Shown here in pieces: positions 7,448 through 17,708 of a DNA stretch of 39,468 bases. Under the pieces are notes generated by a model, which was not told the origin of the DNA, ran no database searches, and was given only the letters and a program-made list of their open reading frames with translations. Each line of letters opens with the position of its first letter. Positions within the stretch are counted from its first letter, which is position 1. Both the position numbers and the translations under genes were made by a program. The DNA is from a virus (Duplodnaviria > Caudoviricetes), in IMG/VR virus record IMGVR_UViG_3300048854_000051, positions 1 through 39,468 of that record; one strand, given 5' to 3'.

Positions 7448-7963
7448 ATGAAAGCCAAACAACCAGACTGGGAGGCAATCGAACGCGCCTACCGGGCTGG
7501 GTTGATCTCGGTTCGTGCCATTGGTGAGTTGCACGGTGTAAACCACGCAACCATCCTCAAGCGAGCGAAGAAAGAAGGCTGGGCGCGCGACCTGACCGAG
7601 CAGGTGCGTACTGCGACAAAGCAGAAAGTAACCACTGCGGTAACCACACTCGGTAACCACTCAAAATCGGTTACCGACGCTGAAATCATTGAAGAAGCTG
7701 CATCTCAAGGCGCAGCCATTGTTCTCGCTCACCGATCAGGGCTGGCTCAATGGCGCGGCATCGCAAACAAGCTCAGCACGTTCCTTGCTGAGGCTGATGT
7801 CAACGAAGACAACCACAGTGACTTCGCTCGATCCTTAAACGCTGGTGTCGATGCTCAGCTCAAGGTGATCAAGGGCGAGCGCCAGGCTTACAACCTCGGC
7901 GATGACAACGGCGAAGGTCCGCAAGGTGAGACCGTAACGAGAATCGAACTGGTCGCACTCTGA
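7448..7963 (+). CDS. terS: Terminase small subunit
   Basis: PDWEAIERAYRAG HTH, KRAKKEGWARDL; directly upstream of terL. Confidence 0.8.
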   Translation: MKAKQPDWEAIERAYRAGLISVRAIGELHGVNHATILKRAKKEGWARDLTEQVRTATKQKVTTAVTTLGNHSKSVTDAEIIEEAASQGAAIVLAHRSGLAQWRGIANKLSTFLAEADVNEDNHSDFARSLNAGVDAQLKVIKGERQAYNLGDDNGEGPQGETVTRIELVAL

Positions 7964-9270
7964 TGGGTGCTACTCAGCTCAAGCTGCCTGAGAAGCTGAT
8001 TCCAGTATTCCAGGGGCCTGCCGATGTTCGCAGCGCATGGGGCGGCCGTGGCTCTGGAAAGACTCGCGGCTTTGCCAAGATGATCGCGACCCGTGGCTAC
8101 ATGTACGGCAAGCAAGGGATCTCGGGGATTCTGCTCTGCGGTCGCCAGTTCATGAACTCGCTGGCTGACTCCTCGTTCGAGGAATGCGTCCGCGCCATCG
8201 AGGATGAAAAGTTCCTCAGCGATTACTACGTGATCGGCGATACCTACATCAGAAGTCGCGACAAGCGCATCTGGTTCGCATTCGCCGGGCTTGATCGCAA
8301 CATCGCCTCCATCAAATCTAAGGGAAGAATCCTGATCTGCTGGGTGGATGAGGCTGAGCCGGTCACCGATGACGCATGGACCACGCTGATTCCGACATTG
8401 CGTGAAGAGGGTGAGGACTGGAACGCCGAGCTTTGGGTCACCTGGAACCCGAAGCGCAAGAAGGCGCCGGTCGAGAGTCGTTTCAGGTTCATGAAGGACG
8501 CGCTGATCAAGGGCGTTCTGCTCAACTGGCGCGACAACCCGAAGTTTCCAGCAAAGCTTGAGCGTGAACGCCTTCGCGATCTTGAAGAGCGCCCCGAGCA
8601 GTATCCGCATATCTGGGAAGGTGAATACGTGACAGCCCTTGAAGGTGCCTATTTCGTCAAGCACCTGACCAAGGCGCGCGAAGAGAACCGGATAGGCTTC
8701 TTCCCCGCTGATCCGCTGATGACCATCCGACTCGTGTGCGACATCGGCGGCACGGGCGCGAAGGCCGATGCCTTTGTCATCTGGGCAGTCCAGTTCATTG
8801 GCCGCGAGATCCGCGTCGTCAACTACTACGAGGTGGTTGGCCAACCCATCGATGCGCACCTCGCATGGTGCCGATCGCAGGGCTACACGCCTGACCGCGC
8901 TCAGTTCTGGCTGCCGCACGATGGCTCTACGCAAGACAAGGTCTATGACGTGTCGTACGAGTCGGCCCTTGAGCGCACTGGCTACTCGGTAACGGTTGTC
9001 CCGAACCAAGGCAAGGGCGCAGCGATGGCTCGCGTTGAGCGCGTTCGTGAGCTGTTCCCGCAGATACGCTTCCACGAAGAGGCCACAGAGGACGGACGTT
9101 CCGCTCTGGGCTGGTATCACGAGAAGTGGGACAGCATCCGCGACATCGGCCTCGGGCCTGAACACGACTGGGCCAGCCATGGCTCCGATGCGTTTGGCCT
9201 GGCCTGCGTCATCTGGGAAGAGCCGAAAGAATCCCAGCCTCTGAATTATCCAAAGCTCAACAACGCATAG
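7963..9270 (+). CDS. terL: Terminase large subunit (PBSX-like)
   Basis: GGRGSGKT Walker A, WVDEAE Walker B, TWNP, C-terminal nuclease HDWASHGSDAF. Confidence 0.95.
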   Translation: MGATQLKLPEKLIPVFQGPADVRSAWGGRGSGKTRGFAKMIATRGYMYGKQGISGILLCGRQFMNSLADSSFEECVRAIEDEKFLSDYYVIGDTYIRSRDKRIWFAFAGLDRNIASIKSKGRILICWVDEAEPVTDDAWTTLIPTLREEGEDWNAELWVTWNPKRKKAPVESRFRFMKDALIKGVLLNWRDNPKFPAKLERERLRDLEERPEQYPHIWEGEYVTALEGAYFVKHLTKAREENRIGFFPADPLMTIRLVCDIGGTGAKADAFVIWAVQFIGREIRVVNYYEVVGQPIDAHLAWCRSQGYTPDRAQFWLPHDGSTQDKVYDVSYESALERTGYSVTVVPNQGKGAAMARVERVRELFPQIRFHEEATEDGRSALGWYHEKWDSIRDIGLGPEHDWASHGSDAFGLACVIWEEPKESQPLNYPKLNNA

Positions 9271-9277
9271 GCAAACC

Positions 9278-11563
9278 ATGACGAAGGGACTGACAGAGGA
9301 CGAACTCAAAGCCCTAGTCGGGGCAGAGATGCGCCAGTCGCTTGGGTATTCATCGTCCAAGTTGAGCATGCAGCGTCAGAAGTCGATGTATTACTACCTC
9401 GGCATGCCGGTCGGTGACTTGTCGCCTCCTGAAGTCGAGGGTCGTTCGTCTGTTGTATCGACCGACGTGCGCGACACCATCGAATCCATGCTGCCGCAAC
9501 TGATGGTGACCTTTGTTGGCTCTGACACGGTGGCCGAGTTCGAAGCGACCAAGCCGGGCGACGAGCCAAAGGCCGATCAGGCTACCGAATACGTTAACTA
9601 CTTGTTCTACAAGAAGAATAACGGGCACCGAATTGCCTATACCTGGATGAAGGACGCGCTGCTGCAGAAGAACGGCATCATCAAGGTCTGGTGGGACACG
9701 CGCAGCGAAGAGACGCGCGAGGAGTATCGCAACCTCTCAGACATCGAGCTTTCCCAGCTGATGGAAGACGACGAGATCGAGGTCATCGAGCAATCAACCT
9801 CGCCGGATGAGGATGACGCCGAGCAGCGCCAGCAAGCCATTGAGCAGCTGATGCAACAGGCTCATGCGCAGCCTCAGTCGACCCCGCAAGCCATGCAGCA
9901 GATCCAGCAGATCCAGGCGCAGCCACCGAAGCTTCTCTACGACGTGGTATGCAAGCGCGCCAAGACCGAAGGCAAGGTGTGCATTGATAACGTCCCGCCT
10001 GAAGAATTCCTGATTGCTCGAAACGCCAAGGACATCGAAACAGCCAAGTTCGTCGCTCACCGTGTTCAGCGCACCAAGTCTGAACTGAAGTCGATGGGCT
10101 ACACGAACGTCGATGATCTGGGCTCCGAGGACTCAGGCCAGGCGATGAACTCGGAACGCATTCAGCGCATCAGCTGGAACGACGAAAACGCCTACATCGA
10201 CAACGATGCGTCAAGCGACGACAGCCAGAACAACGTGTGGGTGCTGGAAGCCTACATACGCTGCGACTACGACGGCGACGGCATTGCCGAGTTGCGCAAG
10301 GTCACGATGGCCGGCAACACGCTGCTCGATAACGAGGAAGTCGACAGTATTCCGTTCGTCTCGATCACCCCGGTTCCACTGCCGCACCAGTTCTTTGGTT
10401 TATCCATCGCCGATCTGGCCATGGAAAGCCAGCGCACCAAGACCAGCATTCTCCGTTCTCAGCTCGACAACATGTACCTGGCTGTAAATGGCCGTTACTT
10501 CGCCCTTGAAGGCAAGGTCAATCTCGACGACCTCTTGACATCACGTCCTGGCGGCGTGGTGCGCATTCAAGCGCCTGGGGCAGTCGGCCGTCTCGATCAG
10601 GGCGCACCAGACATTGGCAACTCCATGCAGATGATGGAGTACATGCAGCAGGACCTGGAGAACAAGACCGGCTGGACGCGTTACAGCCAGGGCAATGACA
10701 GCGCCTCGCTGAATGACACCGCGACTGGCGTCAACGTGCTCACGAACCGCGCCGACATGCGCCTCGACCTGATCGCTCGCAATTTCTCCGACGGCTATGT
10801 CGAGCTGTTCAAGAAGATCCTCAAGCTCGTCTGCCAGTACCAGCAGAAAGAGCAGGTGGTGAAACTGACGGGTGGCTGGGTGCCTATCGACCCAAGGGAA
10901 TGGAGCAACCAGTTCGACGTGTGCATCAACGTCGGCATCGGCATGGGCAACAAGGATCAGAAGATCCAGCACTTGCAGATGCTGGGACAGGTTCAGGCCC
11001 AGGGCATGCAGATCGGCATCGCCAACCCAGAAAACATCTTCAACGCCGCGACCGAACTCGCCAAACAGTTGGGATTCAAGAGTCCCGACAAGTTCTTCAC
11101 CGATCCGGCCAAGAATCCGCCACCGAACAAGCCTGACCCTGACCAGATGAAGATGCAGGGCCAGATGCAGATCGAGCAGGCAAAGATGCAAGCCAGCACC
11201 CAGATGAAGCAGATGGAGCTGCAACAGCAAGCTCAACTGGATCAGGCCAAGCGCGACCATGAGTTGCAGCTCGAAACGGCTCGCATGCAGATGCAGGCTC
11301 AAGTAGACGCCAACCGCCAGCAGGTCGAAGCCGACCAGAAGACGCAAGAGAGCCAGCAACAGGCTCAGCTCGACGCGCTGAAAGACCAGCAGAAGACCCA
11401 GCAACTGGCCATGCAGCTTGAGTTCGACCGCTGGAAGGCCGAACTCGACGCTGAAACCAAGATCGCCGTCGCGCAGATCATGCAGCAAACCACGCTGAGC
11501 GCTGCGCAGATGAGCGCTGCTGAATCGTTCGACCAGACAGGTGCAGCCGATGGCAACGCTTGA
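9278..11563 (+). CDS. Portal protein (P22-like, long Q-rich C-terminal helix)
   Basis: 761 aa after terL; DALLQKNGIIKVWW, ETATG-like motif NDTATG, Q/M-rich coiled-coil tail. Confidence 0.88.
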   Translation: MTKGLTEDELKALVGAEMRQSLGYSSSKLSMQRQKSMYYYLGMPVGDLSPPEVEGRSSVVSTDVRDTIESMLPQLMVTFVGSDTVAEFEATKPGDEPKADQATEYVNYLFYKKNNGHRIAYTWMKDALLQKNGIIKVWWDTRSEETREEYRNLSDIELSQLMEDDEIEVIEQSTSPDEDDAEQRQQAIEQLMQQAHAQPQSTPQAMQQIQQIQAQPPKLLYDVVCKRAKTEGKVCIDNVPPEEFLIARNAKDIETAKFVAHRVQRTKSELKSMGYTNVDDLGSEDSGQAMNSERIQRISWNDENAYIDNDASSDDSQNNVWVLEAYIRCDYDGDGIAELRKVTMAGNTLLDNEEVDSIPFVSITPVPLPHQFFGLSIADLAMESQRTKTSILRSQLDNMYLAVNGRYFALEGKVNLDDLLTSRPGGVVRIQAPGAVGRLDQGAPDIGNSMQMMEYMQQDLENKTGWTRYSQGNDSASLNDTATGVNVLTNRADMRLDLIARNFSDGYVELFKKILKLVCQYQQKEQVVKLTGGWVPIDPREWSNQFDVCINVGIGMGNKDQKIQHLQMLGQVQAQGMQIGIANPENIFNAATELAKQLGFKSPDKFFTDPAKNPPPNKPDPDQMKMQGQMQIEQAKMQASTQMKQMELQQQAQLDQAKRDHELQLETARMQMQAQVDANRQQVEADQKTQESQQQAQLDALKDQQKTQQLAMQLEFDRWKAELDAETKIAVAQIMQQTTLSAAQMSAAESFDQTGAADGNA

Positions 11564-11840
11564 AGAACGCATCTACGAAGGCAACAGAGCCCGCGAGTGT
11601 CTCGAAAATGAGGCGTTCATCTGGGCATTTGAAGGTATTGAGCAGGAGTTGACCGAAGCATGGCGAACCTCTCCAGCAAGAGACGCGGAGGGCCGGGAAA
11701 AGATCTACCTGTCACTCCAGCTGCTGACCAAGTTGAAGGCCACGATCACGTCGAGCCTGGAGACGGGCAAGTTGGCGGAACTGGACCTGCAGTACAAGCG
11801 CACGTTAATGGACCGCGTCAAAGAGAGCTTGCAGCCCTGA
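11550..11840 (+). CDS. Conserved small protein between portal and scaffold
   Basis: Coupled ORF with a D-A-E-G-R-E-K-I-Y motif. Confidence 0.7.
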   Translation: MATLEERIYEGNRARECLENEAFIWAFEGIEQELTEAWRTSPARDAEGREKIYLSLQLLTKLKATITSSLETGKLAELDLQYKRTLMDRVKESLQP

Positions 11841-11900
11841 AAGCCATCCTGACCGGCCGCTCAATCATTATTCGCAAATGAATCCCTTGGGGACAATCAG

Positions 11901-12902
11901 ATGAACATGTTTATTCGCCGCGCGCTGGGCCATTTCCTGATGAACGAATCCGTTGGCGACGGTGGCGGCGCGCTGAATATTGATGGCGGTGCCGCGGCGT
12001 TTGCTGCATTGCTTGATCCGCCAGCTGCAGATCCAAACGATGAACCGGCAGACGCCACGAATTCAGATCAAGACGCCGACCTGGATGTCGACGTAGATGC
12101 AGTTGACCCGGACGTCGAAACCGATACAGACAGCGACCCCGATGCGCAGCCCCAAACCTTCACCGTCAAGATCGACGGCAAGGAGGTCGAGGTCTCGCTC
12201 GACGAGCTGAAAAATGGCTACCAACGTCAGTCTGACTACACCAAAAAGACGATGGAAGCCGCCGAGCAACGCAAGACCGCAGACGCCGAAGTGCAGAAGG
12301 CCAATCAGGAACGTCAGCAATACGCTAACGAACTCCAGCGCATGGCCGTACAGCTTGAAGGCGTCCTGCAACAACAGGGTCAAATCGACTGGAATGCACT
12401 GATCGAGTCAGATCCGGTGGAGTACCTGAAACAGCGGCAACTCTATGAACAGAGACAAGCCCTGTATCAGCAAAACACGCAGGAACGCCAAAAACTCGCC
12501 CAGCAGTTCCAGCACGAACAGGCACAAGCCCATCAAAGTTACCTGGCCCAGCAGCAGGAAGACCTCCTAGCCAAGCTCCCGGACTGGAAAGACGATGCCA
12601 AGGCCGCAGCCGAAAAAACCGCCATCTCCAAGTTCCTGAAAGATCAGGGCTTCGTGGATGAGGACATTTCGTCCATTGCCGACCACCGCCACGTGCTCGT
12701 AGCGCGCAAGGCGATGCTCTACGACCAACTGATGGCTAAGGCCAACGTGCAAGCCAAGAAGGTCCAGGAAGCGCCCCAGCGGGTGGTCAAGCCAGGCGTT
12801 ACATCCAACGGCAACGCCGACGGTCGCACTGCAGCTGCAAAGCGGCATGAGAAGTCGGGAACCGTTGAATCTGCCGCCGCAGTATTCGCCCAATTCCTTT
12901 GA
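11901..12902 (+). CDS. Scaffolding protein
   Basis: Acidic N-terminus, VKIDGKEVEVSLDELKNGYQRQSDYTKKT, coiled coil; precedes the capsid gene. Confidence 0.85.
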   Translation: MNMFIRRALGHFLMNESVGDGGGALNIDGGAAAFAALLDPPAADPNDEPADATNSDQDADLDVDVDAVDPDVETDTDSDPDAQPQTFTVKIDGKEVEVSLDELKNGYQRQSDYTKKTMEAAEQRKTADAEVQKANQERQQYANELQRMAVQLEGVLQQQGQIDWNALIESDPVEYLKQRQLYEQRQALYQQNTQERQKLAQQFQHEQAQAHQSYLAQQQEDLLAKLPDWKDDAKAAAEKTAISKFLKDQGFVDEDISSIADHRHVLVARKAMLYDQLMAKANVQAKKVQEAPQRVVKPGVTSNGNADGRTAAAKRHEKSGTVESAAAVFAQFL

Positions 12903-12917
12903 TTCAGGAGCTGCATC

Positions 12918-13841
12918 ATGACTGCACCTACCAACAGCTACCTCACCACTGCCGCGATCGGCAACCGTGAGGACTTGACCGACACCATCTACCGCATCTC
13001 CCCGACTGCCACGCCGTTCATTTCGCTGGCCGCCAAGGGCAAAGCAACCAACACCTTGCACGAATGGCAAACCCAGGACCTGGCTGCCGCGTCCAGCACC
13101 AACGCCCAGGCAGAAGGCGACAACGCTTCGGCCAAGACCGTGACGCCAACCGTGCGCCTGAACAACCGCACCCAGATCTCGACTAAAACCGTGATCGTTT
13201 CCGGCACCCAGCAAGCGATGAACCCGGCCGGCCGCAAGGACGAACTGGCTTATCAGTTGAGCCTGGCATCGCTGGAGCTGCGCCGCGACATGGAAAGCTC
13301 TGCGACCAAACTGGACGTGACCGCAACCGCGCCGCGCCAAGTACGCGGTCTGGTCGGCTGGGTCGTGGATAACGTCGACAACAACGGCGGCACCCTGGCC
13401 TCGTACACCGGCAACACCGGTCGCACCAAAGGCACCGCGATTCCATTCACCGAAGCGCGCCTGAAGAACGTCCTGCAGAAGATCTTCACCGCGGGTGGTG
13501 AAGCGGACTCCATCCTGCTGCCACCGGGCGCCAAGCAGACGTTCTCCACTTTCACTGGCAACGCCACCCGTTTCGACAAGAGCGAAGACGCCAAGCTGTA
13601 CGCCTCGGTCGACGTGTACGTGTCTGACTTCGGCGAAATTAAGGCCATCCCGTCCCGCTTCCAGGACGCCAACGACGTGTTCATCCTCCAGTCGGATAAA
13701 TGGGCAATCAGCTACCTGCGCCCATTCCAGACCATCGAATTGGCGCAAACCGGCGACGCACTGCAGCGTGAGCTGGTGGTTGAATGGACTGTTGAAGCCC
13801 GCGCGCCGAAGTCTGGCGGCGCGGTTTACGACGTGGCCTAA
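12918..13841 (+). CDS. Major capsid protein (DUF5309/SU10-like)
   Basis: GNREDLTDTIYRISPTATPF, HEWQTQDL, NRTQI, ELRRDME; strong SD; followed by a terminator. Confidence 0.9.
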   Translation: MTAPTNSYLTTAAIGNREDLTDTIYRISPTATPFISLAAKGKATNTLHEWQTQDLAAASSTNAQAEGDNASAKTVTPTVRLNNRTQISTKTVIVSGTQQAMNPAGRKDELAYQLSLASLELRRDMESSATKLDVTATAPRQVRGLVGWVVDNVDNNGGTLASYTGNTGRTKGTAIPFTEARLKNVLQKIFTAGGEADSILLPPGAKQTFSTFTGNATRFDKSEDAKLYASVDVYVSDFGEIKAIPSRFQDANDVFILQSDKWAISYLRPFQTIELAQTGDALQRELVVEWTVEARAPKSGGAVYDVA

Positions 13842-13860
13842 GCCTGAAGGCGGTCAATAA

Positions 13861-13883
13861 GGGGAGCTTCGGCTCCCCTTTCT
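13861..13883 (+). terminator. Intrinsic terminator after the capsid gene
   Basis: GGGGAGC-TTCG-GCTCCCC-TTTCT. Confidence 0.85.
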
Positions 13884-13901
13884 CATTCTGGAGAAAGCAA
13901 C

Positions 13902-14324
13902 ATGCCCAACTTAAAGAACCTCGGCGACAGCTCGATGGGTATCGAGGGCGCCGCTCTGGGTGATGGTGGTTTCCTGCCCGTCACTCTGCCCTACACCGCG
14001 ACCATCACCGACTGCACCATGTTCACCGCTGACCGCCCCTACGTCGTCAAGGCCATCCGTGGTCGTGTTGATGTAGCGGGTACTGGCGGTGCGTGCACTG
14101 CGCAGATTCGCAAGGTGCCAAGTGGTACCGCGCTGACCTCTGGCACTGTCCTGCACAGTGGCAGCTTCAACTTGGTCGGCACCGCTGCCACTCAGCAAAC
14201 GCTGACCTTGTCGTCCACGCCCAGCGACCTGCTGATGGCCGCTGGCGACTCGATCTGTTTCGACCTGACCGGCACTGCGACCTCGGCCGTTGGCTCTGTC
14301 AGCGTGACCCTCAATCCGGCCTGA
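13902..14324 (+). CDS. Virion structural protein (possible head decoration)
   Basis: T/G/S-rich, beta-type composition; strong SD; follows the capsid gene. Confidence 0.65.
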   Translation: MPNLKNLGDSSMGIEGAALGDGGFLPVTLPYTATITDCTMFTADRPYVVKAIRGRVDVAGTGGACTAQIRKVPSGTALTSGTVLHSGSFNLVGTAATQQTLTLSSTPSDLLMAAGDSICFDLTGTATSAVGSVSVTLNPA

Positions 14325-14365
14325 TCTTGCGCCCCTTCGGGGGCGTTCTCTTTGAGGAAGCTCCC

Positions 14366-14674
14366 ATGAGCAACACGTTTGAAAACGCCATCACGGTGGT
14401 TGTCACAGGCGTCAACATCCCAACTTCTGGCACGTCCGCCAGCGCCACTATCCCCAACTGCTCCAGCGGTGAGCTCCCGCGTTACGTGCGCATCACCGCC
14501 AGCGTCGGCGCCTATGTGCGTATTGGTAACGGCACTGTTACCGCAGTAAACACCGACATGATGGTGCAGCCTGGAGACGCAGTGATCATCGCAGTCTGCA
14601 ACCTCACCAAGATCGCCGCGCTGCAGGTCTCCGCCGCAGGCGTCGTCCAGGTCTCTCCACTGGAGAATATGTAA
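14366..14674 (+). CDS. Small virion protein (beta-rich, possible spike base)
   Basis: Start MSNTFENAIT with SD GAGG; YVRI motifs. Confidence 0.6.
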   Translation: MSNTFENAITVVVTGVNIPTSGTSASATIPNCSSGELPRYVRITASVGAYVRIGNGTVTAVNTDMMVQPGDAVIIAVCNLTKIAALQVSAAGVVQVSPLENM

Positions 14675-14961
14675 TGCTCGACCTCGACACGAAATTTCAT
14701 TTCCACGATGGCAAGATGACGGTCCAGCGCACGCAGGACTGCACGGCCATCGCCGAGCGCACCAAGGCGCTGCATAACGGTGGACACCATGGCACCTCGG
14801 AAATGAAACACGCGGCCAGCATTCCGTTCGTGATTGTCGAGGACTATTGCAGCAAACACGAAATCACCTTCCATGAATGCATCAGCAACAAGGAGCACAT
14901 GCGCCGGATGCTGAGCGACCCTGATCTGTCAGCGTTTCGGGTGTGGAAGGGCAAGGTATGA
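14674..14961 (+). CDS. Conserved phage protein
   Basis: Coupled ORF; MKHAASIP...LSDPDLSAFRVWKGKV. Confidence 0.7.
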   Translation: MLDLDTKFHFHDGKMTVQRTQDCTAIAERTKALHNGGHHGTSEMKHAASIPFVIVEDYCSKHEITFHECISNKEHMRRMLSDPDLSAFRVWKGKV

Positions 14962-15563
14962 GCATCACCAACTATTCGGAATTGCAGGCCTCGATTGCCA
15001 ATTGGCTCAACCGCAGCGACCTGTCGGCCAACATCCCCGACTTCATCACCCTGGCCGAAGCGCAGCTGAGCACCGACCTGAAAACGCGCTCCATGGAGAC
15101 CAAGACCACGCTGTCTACGGTGGTCGGCACCAATTCGGTTGCGCTGCCGACCGACATGCTTGAGATGCGGCGCGTCCAGGTTGTTGGAACGTACAATCAG
15201 CCATTATCCTACCGCTCGCCTGATGAGCTGAGTTATGACTTTGCGGCCAATACGTCAGGTCAGCCCGTGGTATTCACGGTAGTCGGCGGTAACATCGAAC
15301 TGGCGCCCATTCCTGATGCCGTGTACTCGCTGGAGCTGACCTATCAGCAACGCATTCCGGCCCTGTCCAGCGTCAACGCCACCAACTGGCTACTGACCAA
15401 CTGGCCGAATGCCTACCTGTTCGCATCGCTGCTGGCCGCGACTCCGTTCATCATGAATGACGCGCGGATCGGCACCTGGGCGCAGCTTTATGCCCAGGCC
15501 GTAGAGGGCATCAACAGTGTCGACTGGTACAGCGGTTCGACCATGAAGGTGCGCGCCAGATGA
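14958..15563 (+). CDS. Head-tail adaptor protein
   Basis: MSITNYSELQASIANWLNRSDL...IPDFITLAEA, APIPD, NWLL..WPNAYL motifs. Confidence 0.75.
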   Translation: MSITNYSELQASIANWLNRSDLSANIPDFITLAEAQLSTDLKTRSMETKTTLSTVVGTNSVALPTDMLEMRRVQVVGTYNQPLSYRSPDELSYDFAANTSGQPVVFTVVGGNIELAPIPDAVYSLELTYQQRIPALSSVNATNWLLTNWPNAYLFASLLAATPFIMNDARIGTWAQLYAQAVEGINSVDWYSGSTMKVRAR

Positions 15564-17005
15564 CCCCGCTGCTCGGTTTTGCGCCCGACGCCGACCTGAC
15601 GACGCCCGGCCTGATTATCAGCTGCGCCAACCTAATCCCTTACTTGAACGGCATGGAAGGCGCGCCAGAACCTGCTACGCCTGCATCGACCCCTGCACTG
15701 GCGGCTGCCTGCACTGGCGCGGCGGTGGTGACCAAGCTGGATGACACGCGCCGCATCATCGCCGGAACCGCCACGAAGCTTTATGAGCTGTCTGCCGGAG
15801 CATGGAATGATGTCAGTCGCGCCGCTGCCTACAACGGCGGCGTCGATACGCGCTGGTCGATTACGCAGTTCGGGGATGCAACCCTATGTTCCAATCGGGC
15901 GGATGTCATTCAGCGCTCTACCGGATCTGCATTTGCTGATGTGGCTACTGCGCCAAAGGCCGAAATCCTGTTCTCGGTCGGCGCATTCGTCATGGCCCTG
16001 AACATCAACGACGGGTCAGAAAAGCCGGATGGCTGGCAGTGCTCTGCAGCATTCGATGACACCTCATGGACCCCCAACCTTGCCACGCAGGCAACCTCGG
16101 GGCGGCTGGTGGCTACATCCGGCAAACTCACTGCCGGCATGCGGCTGGGCGAGTACGCCATTGCCTACAAGCAGAAATCCATCTACTTGGGCCAATACGT
16201 AAACGCTCCGACGGTATGGAACTGGCTGCAGGTGCCTGGCGGCGAAGCGGGTTGTGTCGGTAAGGAGGCAATCTGCGATATCGGCGGTGCACACTTCTTC
16301 GTCGGCGATGACAACATCTGGATCTTTGACGGCACCCGGCCCGCGCCAGTGGCAGATGGTTACGTTCGGCAGTTCTTCTTCGATAACTCGAACCCCTCGT
16401 TTCGCTACAGGACGATCTGCGTGTTTGATCGGCAGAAGAACCTGGTATGGGTGTTCTACCCATCGCTTGGAGCGACTACTCCAGATTCGGCGCTGGTCTA
16501 CCACGTCACGGCCAAGAAGTGGGGTGTGGCGAACCGCAGTATCGAAGCGGCGCTGAACTACGTCGCCAGCGGCGTCACAATTGACGGACTGTCCGCGATA
16601 TCGCCGACTATCGACGGCCTGGTCTCATACTCGTTCGACTCGCAATTCTGGCTATCCGGCGGCAAATCACTGTCAATTTTCAACACCTCACACCAGTTAC
16701 AGGCGATGACGGGGCTGTCAGTTTCCAGCTCGATGACCACGGGCGATGTTGGCGACGATGATGCCGTGTCGGCACTGAACAAGATCCGGCTGCGCTATGC
16801 CGTTGCACCGCAGGCAGCCTCCGCGCAGACCTTTTTGCAGATGAATTCAGGTGTTGGCTTCACCGCAGGGGCTAATGGGTCTGTGCTTGACGGGAAATTC
16901 GACCTGCGCCAATCGGCGCGCTGGCATCGGGCAACCTTCAACTTCACGGGCCCGGTACGGGTGACTGGCATGGATGCTGACCTGTCTGCGGCAGGGGGGC
17001 GATGA
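15560..17005 (+). CDS. Tail nozzle/hub protein (P22 gp10-like)
   Basis: 481 aa, beta-propeller-like composition, position after the adaptor. Confidence 0.65.
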   Translation: MTPLLGFAPDADLTTPGLIISCANLIPYLNGMEGAPEPATPASTPALAAACTGAAVVTKLDDTRRIIAGTATKLYELSAGAWNDVSRAAAYNGGVDTRWSITQFGDATLCSNRADVIQRSTGSAFADVATAPKAEILFSVGAFVMALNINDGSEKPDGWQCSAAFDDTSWTPNLATQATSGRLVATSGKLTAGMRLGEYAIAYKQKSIYLGQYVNAPTVWNWLQVPGGEAGCVGKEAICDIGGAHFFVGDDNIWIFDGTRPAPVADGYVRQFFFDNSNPSFRYRTICVFDRQKNLVWVFYPSLGATTPDSALVYHVTAKKWGVANRSIEAALNYVASGVTIDGLSAISPTIDGLVSYSFDSQFWLSGGKSLSIFNTSHQLQAMTGLSVSSSMTTGDVGDDDAVSALNKIRLRYAVAPQAASAQTFLQMNSGVGFTAGANGSVLDGKFDLRQSARWHRATFNFTGPVRVTGMDADLSAAGGR

Positions 17006-17298
17006 TGAAGCTCAAGACAACACCAACAGTCGGCACGACAGACCCCATCCTGCAGCGAGAGCTACGTGAACACGCCACGCAGGTCAACCTGATCTCTGAG
17101 GGGCGTATTGCCGGATTTTATACCGCGCTGGCTGCCGCACCAACCAGCGGCGCGTGGATGCAAGGCGACTCGGTCAAGAACTCGGCCCCGACCGAACTGG
17201 GGACTGCGGGTTCGAAGTACATGATTGCCAGCTGGACTTGTGTTGTGTCTGGCACGCCAGGCACCTGGGTACAGAACCGCTTCCTGACGGGGAACTGA
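17002..17298 (+). CDS. Small tail protein (needle/plug position)
   Basis: Coupled ORF; PTSGAW.QGD...WTCVVSGTPGTW motif. Confidence 0.55.
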   Translation: MMKLKTTPTVGTTDPILQRELREHATQVNLISEGRIAGFYTALAAAPTSGAWMQGDSVKNSAPTELGTAGSKYMIASWTCVVSGTPGTWVQNRFLTGN

Positions 17299-17708
17299 TG
17301 AACAAATTGATCATGGTGCCCACGACGCACATCGACGTGGCCTGGAAGGAGGGCGCGCATAACCTTGGTCTGGCTTGTGCAACCTCGGGCGGGGAGATCA
17401 CCGGGGATCAACTGAAGATGATGCTCAGCCGCGGCGAGCGAACGCTGGTCCGCCTGGATCGAGATAATGACATCGCGGGCTGGGGCGTTATCGGTGTTGA
17501 GCAGCTCCCAAACTTCCGCGTCCTGTATGCCTACGAGATGTACGCCCCGCACGGCCACTTTGAAGAGTTCTTTGATGAGCTTGGGGTCATGGCTAAGACG
17601 CTCGGTTGTTTGCGCTTGCGTTGTGCGGCCGCACCTGCCCAAGCCCGTCTTTACCGCCAGCGCTGCGGTTTTGCGCCCGTCTACCAAGTCCTGGAGGTTG
17701 AACTGTGA
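17298..17708 (+). CDS. GNAT-like protein (P22 gp14 position)
   Basis: Start MNKLIMVP; AKTLGC...ARLYRQRCGF pattern; precedes the ejection genes. Confidence 0.6.
   Translation: MNKLIMVPTTHIDVAWKEGAHNLGLACATSGGEITGDQLKMMLSRGERTLVRLDRDNDIAGWGVIGVEQLPNFRVLYAYEMYAPHGHFEEFFDELGVMAKTLGCLRLRCAAAPAQARLYRQRCGFAPVYQVLEVEL

Noticed and set aside
7888-13748. Long minus-strand ORFs (493, 343 and 393 aa)
   Set aside because: They are antisense shadows of terminase, portal and capsid, expected from high-GC codon bias.
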